Numbered from the stretch's first letter, positions 45,882-59,130 are shown. The stretch is 64,000 nt of DNA from Lama guanicoe (GCA_013239625.1 MU056270.1:186001-250000), one strand, 5' to 3'. The notes: generated by a model not told the origin, from the sequence alone. A program made the numbers and translations.

Positions 45882-45905
45882 TCAGGGTTAGGGTTAGGGT
45901 TAGAG
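45882..45905 (+). repeat. Short telomere-like tract TCAGGG(TTAGGG)2TTAGAG
   Basis: Read directly. Confidence 0.7.
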
Positions 45906-48479
45906 GTTGAAGGCGTCGAGCCTAAGGACCAGTAAGGAGAAGGCAAGGTTGTGTGACAAGGAGGGAGGCGGAGCGTGTGGCCTGAGGGCAGAGGCGAGGG
46001 TGACAGGTGGACAGGTCTCGTGGTCGCCTGAGCACCGGCCAGGCGCCAGCAAGGCCCATGGAGCTGGGGTGGCCCTCACGGAAGGTGAGAAGGCCTCCCA
46101 GAAACACCCTGGGGGCGGTGCAGCCACTCTCACCTCCTCTCCTGCCACCAGAAGCCGGGGGCGGGGCTGGGCTCTGCAGAGCTGGTGGCGAGGGGGCAGC
46201 GGGGTAGGGGCTGGCCTGCCGCAAAGTGCCGAGGGGTGCCTGGAAGCTGCGAGCCAGCGGCGGGTTTTGACTCCCTTCCCAAACCACTTCCTCTGCCCTG
46301 AGGGCCTGTGCCAGATGCAGAGCTGCCCAGAATCTCCTCGGTGGCCCTTCTCACTTGAACTTCCAGCAGGTTGAGAAAGTGCTCCTCAAACTCTCCCCCA
46401 GTGACTTATTCTGGAATATCCCGGGGCTCAGGTGCGCCCGCACGCCTCGCGCTGGCCTCCCCGACAGCTGCACCCCCAGGGGTGCCCCGCAGCTGTGTGA
46501 GTGGCGGCACCAGCCCTGCAGACACAGGCCTCTCAGCCAGAACGGGCGCCTCCTGTGCCCTCTGCGGCGGCCGGGCGAAGTCATGCGCGACTCGGGACGT
46601 CTGGTGCAGCCCCGTGGGGTGCGGTGGGCACAGGGGAGGGGCTGGGGGGTGGACGGTCTGCAGCTCCCCTGGCCGAGAGGGTGAAGGCACCAGCTCGTGG
46701 AGGGTGGTTGTGGGAAGGGACGGCCGCCTGATGCCGCGGTAACGGCCCTGGCGCCTTGTAGTTCACGGACTTCCACAAAACGACGACGGGGCATGGGGGT
46801 CTGGTATCTGGCCTGTCTAACCGCAGGCAAGCGAGGGACCTGGCCACCCCTCAGGTCGAGCGTCGGCTGCCCGGAACTCCTGCTGGTCCCCAGCTCAGGG
46901 AGGGCTTCCGATCCACCTGATGCTTCGCTCTGCCCTCCAGAAAACCCAACTCAGGCGGCAAGACTCACATCTAAGGAGCAGATGGTGCGACCTGGTCTTC
47001 ACAGCGTCTTCTCCCCAAGATGGAAGACTGTGCCGCGAACTGGGACCAGCTATCCAGGCCGTGGGGAAGAGGAGCTGGCCCGACCCCGGGGCTGGAGCTG
47101 GTGCTGCTCCCCGGCTCCGAGGCGTCTGTCCTGAGCCCTGGGGACACTTTCCCGCAAGGACGCGGGGCCCCTGTCCTCTTGTGCTCTCGAACCCGGTATG
47201 TGTGTGTTCTGAAATATCCCAGAGTACATCAGTTTCATTTGCGAGGTGAGTTAGCAACTGTGTTGCCTATTTTTACAAAGAAACTTTTCGTGAATGAAAG
47301 TGTGTGTGGGTTTTCTTACAGATGAAACGACACTGAGCTTTCCTGGGATGAAGTGGACGAGGCCTGGCCCCCGGGGTCGGCGGGGAGCGGAGGGAGGGAG
47401 GGCCCCTGTGCAGGCACCACTGGGTGCTGACCCCTGCCTTGGGCTTAACTGGAGACGGCCCCACACACAGGGTGGGAGTCAGCCCTCTGCCCAGCCCAGC
47501 CCCCACCTGCCTGAAAGCGAGGAGAGGAGAACCAGGGTCTTGCACTGGCCGAGCCCCTCCTCTCTGTCAGACCTGGGGTGCGGTGGGAGGGGCCCAGCTG
47601 CCAACACGGACGCTCTGCCCCCGGGCCCCCAGCATCTGGCCCAGCACCCTGCCCAGCACGAGCTTGTCTCGGGCCTCTCGCAGCCGATTCCCTCCAGCCT
47701 TCCCGGGGCCCAGCAAGCAAGGCCAGGGTGGCGGAGGCTCAGAACCTGGCAACTCTGCACCAGAAGCCACGTGGGGCTGCCCGGTTTCACGGATGTGGAC
47801 CTGAGGAGACAACTGAGGCCCCCACATTGGCTTGCGGAGCAGGAGCCCCTCGAGGCCGTCCATGCGTTGACACAGCGCAGCTGGGCTGGGCCAGGGCCCT
47901 TAACGATTCTCGGACATGGATCAGCTAAATACTAAGTTTGAGCACATTTCCTAAACAGTGACCTGTGTCATCTTTCTGGCTGCATTTGCCCCAGAGCCCC
48001 CGTGACAGGCAGGGGGTCTTGCCGGGGGCCTGCCTCCTAGGACTCGTGTGGGGGCCAGTACTCTCCCGGGGAAGGACCCCGCTCCCCACGGCTCTGCTGG
48101 CGTCTCCCAGCTGCTGTGGCTTCTCGCTCACGGCCTTGGAGTCCTGAGTGGTGCATCCAATTCCTCCAAACCCAGGAATGCCAGGGAGTCGGGGGAGGAG
48201 AGAACAGCGCTCGTGCAGGTGAGTGCAGGGCGGGGCCCACAGAGGAAGTGCTCTGAGCCCTCGAGGGGCGGGGCCTGGGGGTCTGTGCTCGAACAGCGTG
48301 CCTGGTCACCAAGTGGGCCTCGCAGACCTGAGGACACCAGCCTTCAGACAGGAGCCACGGCTCCTTCACAAGGAGAGTCTGTAACCAGAGCGCTTGTGCC
48401 CAGGGGCAGGTGGAGACGGAGCACTGGCGACGGGGACAGTGCGGGACGCACCTCCTTACCTGTGAGACGCCAGCGGAGG

Positions 48480-50000
48480 CAACACACTGCTCTTTCTTAA
48501 TCACACCCGCCTTCTTCAAAGCTTCTGATGAGGCCTACATGTTCGAAACCCGTTTGTCATTTGAAATGTCACCTTCTACACGCTGGTGCTTCACGCTGCA
48601 ACTCAGGGCTGCCAGGCACGGACCCCTCCGTCCGTCTGCTTCCCTCCCACAACACTCTCCTTGATGAGGGTGCAGGTCTTGTGCGAGTCCCGGCCGGGAC
48701 GGGGAGCTGCTCCCGTCGGCGAGGACCTGCTCGGATGGCAGCCGTTCTCTGCTGACTGTCAGATCCAGGGCCTCAGTGTGACCGAGAATTATCCTGCTTT
48801 TAAAAACTGACTCAGGTTTCCCGCACCTGGCTCTGTGCCCGCGACGTCCCCACCTTGCCTCTGTCCTTTGCGGCCCCTGGGGCCGTGCCCGCCCCTCGCA
48901 CCTGCTCCAAGGGCCACGTCCAGCCTGTCCGTTTGGCTGTCTGCACTGCGTCTCTCCTTTCCTTTCTGCGTTCTTACTCCCCTCTCTGCTTTCCTTGGAC
49001 CAGTTCACGCCCAGTCTCTCTTATCCTTGAAGCTTTTCTCCACTGCACCTCATGTTTTGGTGCAAAATTTTTCGTTATTGTTTGGCTCCTGATTTTTTCT
49101 AATTTTTGTGATGGTTTATTTTTTTGATCAAAGCGTTCTTCAGAATCTGTCCTGAAATTTTCACACACGTATTGGGTTTTAAAAGTTACCTTCTACGACT
49201 GGTTTCTGATCACGTCCTGCTGAGGTCAGAGAACCTGCCGCCGGCTCGCTGCCATCCCTCTGCGGTCAGGCCTCGGACTGATGCTTATAGTTCTGCCAAG
49301 TTAAGGGCCCCAATTGTGCTTTTCAAAAAACGTCTTTAATGTTTACAATTACTTTGCCTGCTTAATCCGCTCACGCTGAGAGGAGTGTGGACTGTGGGCT
49401 CCAGCAGGTCCCACACTGTTCCGAGGCTGCGCTGAGTGCTCCTAAGTTTAGACCCAGTTTCGTCTTCCTGAGCGCATCTTGCTTTAAAGCCCCTTTGATA
49501 ACAGATTAGCACTTCGAGCTTTCTCCCCATCGATACTTCCACAGCACCCTCTTTTTTCGGTCTGGCATTCTCTTGCTCTCAATCTCTATGAATCTCTATC
49601 TTTCAGGGCCCAGAAATGCCACGCGGATGGAGTTTTTGCTGTTGTTCCAACCTGAGCTTCTATTTTATCTGAAAACATTAGTCCTGACATTGTGTTAATT
49701 CATTTAAAGTATTTTTACCTTCTTGGTTTGCATTTTCTATCTACCCTTCACTGTGCTGTGGACCCTCCAGATTAATTACTTCTATTGCTTTTTTAATTCC
49801 TCACCAACATACAGTGATTTGAAAGTTTTCTATTCTATGTATCTTTTCTTTTTAAAAATTAAAACATAATTTTTCATTTTTAAATTATCCAAAACTCACA
49901 CAAAGTTTCAAAAACAGTATGAAGAACTCCCACGTGCCTTCCCTTCACCCAGCTTCTCCAAGTAGTAACACCTCAGGCGGCTGCTGCACAGCGGCCGAGA
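48480..50000 (-). mobile_element. Patchwork of ancient L1M fragments (boundaries rough)
   Basis: T-rich degenerate L1-like text; L1M 3'-end-like motif near 49870-49970. Confidence 0.4.
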
Positions 50001-53000
50001 CTGCAAGGGTCGCACCCACAGGGCTTCTCCCGGGCAGGCTGCAGGCCTTCTTCACGGCCACCTCCCGTCCACGGTGGCCCCCCACGGGACCACACGTCAC
50101 AGCTGCCTTCTGCGTCTCCAGCCTGGGTGGCCTGGCCGTGCTCAGGGGCTGGACACTCCTGGAGACCACCAGCTTGGTGCTGTGTGAAGTGTCCCCTCAC
50201 GGTGCTTATTCCACGGTTCCTTGTGGGTAAACTTGAGTCACGAGCAACGCTTCTCTGGTATTTTTACCAAAATTATGTCAGTGCTGCCTGCCGGCAACTG
50301 GAGCTGTTTGTTCCAGACACCTGGCGCATCACACCTGTCCTTCTGGCCACACCTCCTAATTCAGAGGCGGGGAGACAGCCCAGGCAGCCTGCAGGGTCCG
50401 ACGGGCGAGGAGAGACCCCTCATGGGTGCTGGGACAGCTGCCGAGAGGCTCTCGGGGCTGGTCTGGAGACTCGGTCTGAGACTGCCAGTCCTGCTCAGAA
50501 GGAGCAGTGCCGTCAAAGTCTCAGACTTCCGTGATGGCTGCCTTCTCGTCACTAAGACCAGATTCTAAGTCATTATTTTAAGAATCCAGAAGCTAAGAAA
50601 AAAGACTTTAATTCACGAGAATTAAGGGGCAAATCAGAGATGCTCCTTGCGGCAGTCTTACCAGAATTTGCTTTGAGGCAGAAAACATTTGGCTTTCCCA
50701 AGGGTCTGATTGAATCTTAGAAGTAATGCAGACAGCTCATAAGGAGAAACAGACCTGCAGAACAAAGACGGTGGTTTTCCAAGGGCCTCCTCAGGAGCAA
50801 GTCAAACAGAAATCAAGCCTGGCCCTCCCACCTCTGCAGCGGCCGCGTGGACGAGGTCACTGGCAGAGCAGCCGACGGTCTCTGCCAGAGGCTCCCCCGG
50901 GGCTGGGAGGATGCGGACCAGGCGCGCGGCCCAGCTCGAGGAGGTTCAAGGAGGAGAAGTGCACCTCCCAGGAGGCTTCGTTTACTCAGCCTGTCTCCTG
51001 AGCAGCGTCCGCACACGCTCGCTCGTGTGTCATGCTGCCGACCGCTCTGCTCCCCGGGGCACTGGAAGCCAGCACAGGGCGAGTCCGCGTGCAGAGGCGT
51101 GAGCAGACCCCCCGGGAGGGAAGTGCTTCCCAGCCACTGCGGAGCCGGGCCGGCCGGTGCCAGGTGGAGGAGCCCGCTCGGACCCCCCAGCGCACGCCCC
51201 GAGCTGCCCCGCCTCCCACAGCCTGGGGCTTCTCCTGCGCCGCTCCAGGCGTCTGAGCTGGAAGCCCCGGCCACCGATCTGCACCGGCTCCCTTGCCCGG
51301 CACGGCAGCTGAAGCCGCCCACCCGCTCTAAGCACCCCTTGAACTGCGCCCTCAGCTGTGACGTTTCACTCTTCTCTTAGGTCGTTCATCTTTTGCTCAG
51401 TCCTAAGTGTTTTCTAAATTCTCTGGTGACTTCCTCCTCAACTCATGAGCTCCCTGGAAGTGTGCAGCGTAACTTCCAAACATTCAGTTTTTCGAACTGT
51501 TTTACTGTTACTGACTTCTAACTTGATCCTCTGTACGACTTAAGCACTTCACTGCTTTTAGACCTGCCTGCAGCCCCGTGCCCGGTCTCCCCTGGTGAAC
51601 GGCCCACAGTGTCGAGGGCAGCGCCTCACGTCACTCGTGATGAGGAACTCAGGATACATCACAAACTCAGTCGCCAAGACAGGGGCAGGGTTGGAAGAAG
51701 TGACTCTGGTTTTGGAAGAGGTTCTGCTGTGGGTCGAATGCTGCCAACGGCAGCGAGTCTCTAGAGAAACCGAGAGAGTCGACCGGACGCAGAAGGCACG
51801 GCGCCTTACTCTGGGAAACTGCCACAGCTCCCCCTCAACTTCAGCAACCCCCCGATCAGTCAGCAGCTGTCGACACCGAGGCCGGACCCTCCACCAGCAA
51901 ATAGGTGACAGCTCCCCGTGAAGGCTCAGATGACGCTCAGCGCGTTTCAGGCACAACGCCACGGCACTCACAGCGCGGTGTCAGCGCAGCTCTCACAGAC
52001 ACCGTGAGACCAGACGCTCGCGTGCCTGCCTTGTGCCGCTGCCCCGCTTGCCGCAGTGTCGGACCCGAACCCGCGGCGCGCCCGACGCCTGCCTGCGCCG
52101 ACCCTGCCGACTGTCCGCTTGTGCGTTCTCTGTACCCCCCGCAGATGGTTAAGGGCGCAGGCGCGGACGTTCCACGCTGGCTTTTCGGCAAGACGGCGTC
52201 ACTGTTGTGCTGCGGGGCTTTGTTCTGACTGGGGAGTAAAAGACGGTTTCTGCACTGGTGCCTCTGTCACCCGGCGGGGGGAGCAGGCCATCGAAGCGGG
52301 AGCCCGCGGCCTCCCTCCTCTAACGCTTCCTTCAGGTCTTAAAGGCTGCAGTGAATGATCACATCCAACGAGCAGCAGGTCTGAAGACCGCACGTGCAAG
52401 CAGTCTGCTGTGACGAGCAAGCAAAGCAAACAAACGAACAGCCTGAACTTTCAGCTACAGACGACAGATTGAAACCACACGTTAACCTTCGCTCTAACCA
52501 AACCCTGCAAATATGACGGAGCGGTTCCGCGTGCGTGTCTGCGTCTACCAGGACGTACACTGGAGACGTGCAGATACAGTCACTCACTGCACGTAACAGT
52601 AACATACGGTCGTACACGGACAGTCAATAACACAGTTAAGTGTGTAGACAGATTCAAAGTAAAACGGAGGAGGGGAGGGAGCAGTAGCCACAAGAGCCTG
52701 AAAGCTGCCACGTGCGCGGGCGAGTGGAAACACATCCCAGGTCGTCAGCGCGGAGGAACAAAGATGCAGCCTGGTTCACACTGCAAACCCCCAAGGGCTC
52801 AAGAAGCTGCCGTCTGGGGGCTCCTGGAATGGGGATAAAGGTGGCCGGCTTATACAGGGCAGACGTCCCTGGGGCTCTGCACCCCCACAGCCGAGCGGCG
52901 GAAGGCGCAACGCAGGCGCCCACGACACCAGGCCCAGCTGAGAGCAGGGTGCCGCCCTGGCCACGTGCCCTGGGCTCAGAAGAGCCCTGCCTGGCAAATC

Positions 53001-53149
53001 TGATCAGCCCCAGAAAAGTGGCCTAAGCACGCTAGCAGCCGACTCCCCGACCCACTGCAGGGAGCGCCCCGTCCAACTCGGGCTTCTGGTGCTCTGTGGA
53101 GACAGGGAGAGATGCCCAAAGCTTGCTAGAAATCTGAAGAGGGCTTGTG

Positions 53150-53600
53150 ACATTTATTGTGACACATGAGACAGAAGAATAAAGCAACTGGAGACCGTAA
53201 AAAAAGAAAGGAAAACAGCTTCCAGGAGGGTATTATTGTTCCCAGAGAAATGAGAAATGAGCAGGACTCTATGAAAAGAACATCTGAAGAACAAGAGCTT
53301 CCTGTACGTTAAAAGCAACACAGCAGAACGGAGAACCCGACAGAGCAGCACAACATGAGGACGTTTCCCAGAAAACAGGACAAAGACGAGGAGAACAAGA
53401 GGAAAGGAGATTTTTAAAATTTAAAAAAGGACCAGGATAGGAATCCAAATACTGAAAACAGAGGGAAAAAACAAACAAACAAGAACAACCCACCAGGGGC
53501 AGAGGGGATTCAAACAAGTAATTCAAGAAAAACCCCTGGAATCAAAAGACATGAGACTGAGCGCTGGGAACAAAAAGGTGTCACACCCGGAACAAGACGG
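53150..53600 (+). mobile_element. Ancient L1/HAL1 ORF1-like fragment
   Basis: Strongly A-rich strand with AAGTAATTCAAGAAAAACCCCTGGAATCAAAAGACATGAG. Confidence 0.45.
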
Positions 53601-55749
53601 TGAACTTCCGAACACAGAAAAGGAGGAGGTCCTCCCGACAGACAGGGAAGCGGAGACAGACCCCTCTACGCCAGGCCTGAGATTCGAGGAAGAGCGACCC
53701 CAACGTAGAACTCCTGTCCAGCCAAGTGGTCACACAGACCACCGTCGAGTCAGGCCTCAGAAACTCACCTCCTGGACACTCCCTTCCGGAGGTGCCAGAC
53801 CACGAGGGAAGGCAGCGCAGCTGGGCTGGGGGAGGTGAGGCAGAGGGAGCTCCCGGGGGCAGGTGTGAGGCTGGCCAGGCGCAAGAGGAACCACGGAACT
53901 GGCTGGAGGGAGTCCGCAGGGCTGGGGTGGAGGGGCCGGGGGTCAGAGGGACTCATGGAGGAAACACAGGAGGGCCGTGGGGAGGGTCCCAGCCGTGGGG
54001 GGTGGGGACGTCCCCGAGTCTGCAGGCCCAGGGAAAGGGGACTCTGGGGGGGAAGTGGGCAAGGGCACATGGACAGGGGAGCCACTGGGCAGCGGAGTCT
54101 GCCAGGCTGACCCTTCAGAGCCACACGTCCTGCAAGGCTGGAGCCCTGGTCTTCAGGGAAGCGGTGGCCCGCAGACAGAGTGCAGCTGGCAGGGCCGGCC
54201 CAGGCCCCCAGCCTCTCTGGTTCTGCCCTCACCGCCCTCGGGCCACTCACGGGCTCCTCACAGCCAGGCCTCCACCTCCTGGAGGCCACCCCGGACACAC
54301 CTGCACCTCCCAGGCCCACAGTCGGCCTCCTGCTGCTGACTCCTGTGACCTGGCCCCACTGGGTCCTCAGGCTGAAGGTGTGGGGACAGGCGGGCAGGAA
54401 CACTCAAGGGAAACGTGGCAGAAATACTGTAACCACCACGACGGTCTCAGCAGCGGCCAGGGCTCCTCGAGCCTGGAGGCCAGGCGTCCGGTGCAGAGAG
54501 GCCGCGGGCCAGGGCCCGGCCGGCCTGGTGGAGGGGCGCTGCTGGCTCACTGCCCGCACCACCAACAGGACGCCGCAGGCCCAGCTCTGCTCGTAGAGCG
54601 CTTGTTGTTGTGAATTTATAACCTGGGCAGGCACAGACAGACTGTCCAGCGACACACACGGGGAAGTGGATTAAAAGTGTGGATGAACAGAAAACGAGGG
54701 GACAGCGCAAACGCACGACGACTCTAGTAGGAAGAGCGTGCACGCCGCGCGCGAAGCCAAGCTGACGCGAAGGCCGCTGCTCGGCGTGCACACAGCAAGC
54801 ACACGACCCGGCTTACAAGTCCACACGGAAGCCTTTACGTAGCACGGCTACGGAGACGCTGACGACAGTCATTTTAAGCGTGTATTAAGTAAACCGCAGC
54901 TTGCTCTACTTGCTTTAGAAACCCCACGTAGATTTAACAGCTGGTCGAAATTCGTGGGAGCCGCTGAGAACGCGCGTCACGACACTCACAGCCGTCAGCT
55001 GATCCTCGGGGTGCGTGACGCGGACGGGCGCACACCGGCGTCTCGCACCACATCAGAACCGAGCGCCACCCGTGCCATCCCCCTTCCGCAGGAAACCGTG
55101 CAGGGTGGAGACAGGACGGTGCCTCGGCGCTGCCTGCACGGCATCCTTTCTAGATGTGCCCCCCCCGAGGCGCTGACACCGTCTCACGACGCCCAGGCTG
55201 CTCCGGAGCGCAGAGGGCCAGGCCCACAGTGGGTCCGACACTGTGAAGGCAGCTCCGGGACCCTCAGCTCTTCTCAGCTGGTCTTCGCCTTCTACAAAAT
55301 CTGCCCCAAGTCCCGGTTTCCTCACGGCTTTTTAGTGACGTCGTCACACTCAGGCCCTCCACCTGCACACTTGGTGCTTCTCCTGCGGCTCAGGCGGCTC
55401 CTGAAATCCCCTCTTCCAAGAAGCCCTCCTTGAACCCTCTCCTCCGGGTCTGCGGCTTGAGGTGCCCACTCCCCACTCCGAGCCATGCAAGTTCCGACCT
55501 CCTCCCCGTTTACTGAGATTTCGTCGTCCTCCAGTGCCCCGTGCTCCCTGGTGGGGGGACGCAGGAGGCCCGTTCGCTGGATGCAGAGATGCCACCAAGC
55601 TCCCCGAGACCTGACTCCCTCACCTGGCACCCAGGGTCTGACATCTGCAGACACAGCCCCGGCAGGGGCAGCACACGAAAGGGCCTGGCGGGAGGAGGGT
55701 CAGCCGGGACGCCTGGTAAACGCTTTCCGAAAAATGATCAGACAGACGA

Positions 55750-56934
55750 AAAGTGAACCGGGATGGAAGCATTTATTCTGAGTGTGAGAACTACATGCAC
55801 AGAAGGCTACTTCGCTAATGAAAATGGTGAGCACGGTGGATACAGGGGTTAACACACTTAGGAAAGACAACACTGTGCGTTTCTTAGTAAGCTTTATCCA
55901 GATGTTTGCAGAAGATTAAACTTTCCCTTCCAGTTGCTAGGACTTCCCCACCAGACACCAAATGAACGAGCACAACGGTGACTGAGGCACCGGACGGACA
56001 AGCACATGGCCACCCTGGCCCCAGGGCTCCATCCCGACACAGACGTGAGCGTCAGTGTGGGAAGGGGCTCTGGGACACCCTGCAGAAACACAGACCCTGA
56101 CTCAGCCGTCTGAAGCAAACGGCGTGACGAGGTCAGGTAGCAGAGCTGCCTCTGAGACCGGTCACGGCGGCCTGGCCCGCTCTGGTAAAGCGAGTCGCAG
56201 CGGCTCCTCCACCGCGGCCAGAGCAGATCCCGTGCGGCTGCTGCCCGCTGGGGCGGGAAGTGCTGAGGGGAAGGGGCTGCCAGGGGCCGGAGGGAGGGCG
56301 CGGGCAGGGCGGGCTCTGCAGGGACACCTCCGACGAGAAGCCCACGTCGCGTTCGGGGTGAGTCACCGAAGCAGCCTGACGTCACGAGCGCTGCCGACAT
56401 AAAAACCAGGCAGCAAAATCAACTCCGACGCTGGGGCACAAGTAATCCCCCCAAATACAGCACCTTTCATGCAGGCCACACATTTTTCTAAAAGTCTACT
56501 TGATTTAGGACAGTAATACGAGCCAACTGTGTGAAATAAAGCTTTAAGGGCAGCCGCACAGTTCAGGATAGCAGAAGCTCCCATGACGTTCAAACATCAC
56601 TCTCCAGATCTCTCCTCAATCTCCTGGGGCCGCAGTGAGAACCCGGAAAATGCTTCAGGGTGGTCCCGGGCGTCCCGGAAGCACCTCCCGCAGCCACTCC
56701 CACCAGCACTCGGCAAAGGAAAAATCTCTCTCTCTTTTAGAAAGGTATTTTAAAGTCACACAGACCTAAAGTAGTAACAAATGCCAAGACAAATACTGCT
56801 CGGGCGTCTTGGTTGAAATAAAACATACACCGACGTCTAGGCTACCAATTCCAGGGAAAGAAAGAGGGAGAGACCGCACCCCCAGCCAAGCTTTCCAGAA
56901 CTACCTCTGGGCCCAGGGAGCCTCCGGCAGGGCA
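55750..56934 (-). other. EXOC2: EXOC2 3'UTR (end approximate)
   Basis: Between the stop codon and a minus-strand AATAAA. Confidence 0.65.
55772..55777 (-). terminator. EXOC2: Probable EXOC2 polyadenylation signal AATAAA
   Basis: TTTATT on + strand ~1.2 kb past the stop, with T/G-rich sequence further downstream on the - strand. Confidence 0.65.
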
Positions 56935-57028
56935 CTAGGTCCTCGCGCTGGGCGGTGGGGCGGCCTGGAAGCAGGCCAGCTGCAGGTGCATGCCGCTCCG
57001 GACCCGGCCCAGCAGCTCCTCCAGCAGC
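56935..57028 (-). CDS. EXOC2: EXOC2 terminal exon coding part (stop TAG)
   Basis: cccctgcag|G CTG CTG GAG; LLEELLGRVRSGMHLQLACFQAAPPPSART*. Confidence 0.94.
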
Positions 57029-57793
57029 CTGCAGGGGGGGACAAGACCCGCTCAGAACCACACCCGGCCGCCTGGGGGGCCTCTCCCGCGGAAAGGCCAT
57101 TTACAAGTGGATTCTGGGCTCAATGACAGCAACAAGTCAGAGGGAGCACACGCTTTTACACACGTTTATGTTCATACACGCAGTTGCCCTCCCGCCCCTT
57201 CCCCAGATGAGCTAGATCCCTCCCCAGAACGGGCAGCTGCCCAGGTGTTTGCACCTGAACCTTCAGTCCACAGACCCTGAAACCCACCCTCCATGCTGCT
57301 TCTGAGCACACAGCCCACACCGTGCTCCAAGCCCCCGATCCCGCCAGTGTGGCCCTGGGCCACCTTCACCACCACCCCCGCCCCACAGCTTCTGGCCTGT
57401 TCTCCGGTCCCCTTACTCTGCATTCCTGCCCTTAAATATTGGGCGGGGCTGAGCTGAAGGGTCTGTTCTCACTCTGGTGACAGCTCAACTTGTTTCCTTA
57501 GCTGGGCCGACATTTCTGTGTGGTTTTCGGGCCAGAGGTACTGGTCTGGGGTCAAGAGACGACCTCCTGGTTCCACAGTGCACCCCCTGCAGTCCAGCAC
57601 AGCCCCGTCCTGCCTCCGTCACGTGAACACCGCCTCAAGGGAAGGTGGCTGGGACTCTGCGACATGTGCCTGGCCTCGTTCTGTCTCAGCTCAGAGCTTC
57701 CTGCTGCGCAAGCAGCAGAGCTTCAGGTGGGGCTGAGACGCGCCGCACGGACACCCTCCGCCCTCTCCCCGGGCGGGCGGGGTGCACACTGCT

Positions 57794-57821
57794 GGCCCCG
57801 GGCCCCGGGCCCCGGGCCCCG
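57794..57821. repeat. (GGCCCCG)4 tandem repeat in last EXOC2 intron
   Basis: Four exact 7-mers. Confidence 0.9.
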
Positions 57822-58124
57822 CACTCCCCGGTTTCTCTGGTACTTCTCTAAGCGCCTTCTTCTTGAAATCTAGGATAATGACGGTTTAGTGAGTGAGTCA
57901 AGATAAACTTCCTTCCCAAATTTTCTGTGCCGGTCGCTTAAAGCAAGCAAAGAACTGACTTCTAGACTGTCACAAACCCAGAAGGTCTGGCCACATTTAG
58001 CCACAGTGCAGACTTGATGGTGCCCAGCACCGCTGCTCCCAGACAGAGCCACGGCTGCAACAGCACGTTTAGGAAACAGACCTTGTGTGGCCGTCTGAGC
58101 TCTCGAGGACAGCCCGGAACTTAC

Positions 58125-58184
58125 TTTGCATCTGCTCCACTCGAGAGCTGCGGCAGGGCTTCCAGAGCCTGCTTGAAACTGGAC
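58125..58184 (-). CDS. EXOC2: EXOC2 penultimate coding exon
   Basis: ttgcag|GTCCAGT...GCAAA|gtaagt; SSFKQALEALPQLSSGADA(K), 60 nt, phases consistent with neighbours. Confidence 0.95.
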
Positions 58185-59039
58185 CTGCAACACAGAGACA
58201 CAGCGCCTTGAGCCTGGGAGCCCAGCCCGGGGGCGGGAGCGTCAGCGGGAAGCCTGTCCGAGCGCAGAGAAGCACACGGGCCGCGGCAGCAGAAGCAGGA
58301 GGGAGAGTGAAAGTGAAAGTGCGGGTCTGCAGGAGCAGGCCAGAAACTCAACCAGGAGGTAACACTCAACTTGAAAAGCGAGCGAGAAACCGATTTTTAC
58401 ACAAGGTACTGCTCATGGAGGATGAGTTTAGCGTGGACGTGCTAAATTTTAAAGGGGTCTTTACTTCACAGAAACCGGCACTGTGTAGAAAAGCACCTGG
58501 CAAGCAGGGAGGGAACTAAGCGGAGACAGGGCTGATCCTGCGCAATCTGAGCCCAGCGGGGCTTCTCCAGTGCAGACACGTTGCGGGGCCTGAGCTACGT
58601 ACAGCCAGCGCCGCAGAGTAACCGGACACGCCTCTGCTTAGCTGTCTCCATGTCTAAAGTCTGTGGGATCACGGAGAGATGCAGGTATATACGTACTTTG
58701 AAAGTCCAACATCATTTCATTTCATGAGAAATAGAAAAAGAAGTGAATTTAAAAAACTGCCAATTTGGTACATTCAACTTTGTAAAGTACAAAGTACCAG
58801 AAAAGTTACGGAACCAAACGAAAAGCATTTTAGGGACATTATTTGGTAGCAACTTGAACTGCTCAGCTCCCCTCCCGGGGGGGATGGACTCTCCCCGCTC
58901 CTGACGTGGAGACGCGCCTCTGCCTCCACCTGACATCATTCTGTTTCTCGGAAACCTCTCCTCAGTCAGCAAGAAAGAAGAGCAGGCCGTTATCTTTATT
59001 TTTTACACCCAACAGTGGTGAAGTGGTGAGGTCTCGACA

Positions 59040-59130
59040 CACTGTCTCCTTTAATTTGCCCAAACTTTGTCTACAAAGTGTTATTATCCTCCTTCCACAG
59101 ATGAGGAAGTCGGGCTACGAGAGGCCCGGT
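59040..59130 (-). mobile_element. MIR SINE fragment
   Basis: TTATTATCCTCCTTCCACAGATGAGGAAGTCGGGCT, the MIR core. Confidence 0.6.

Noticed and set aside
53726-54613. 295-aa + strand ORF
   Set aside because: Low-complexity G-rich translation with no homology or splice support.
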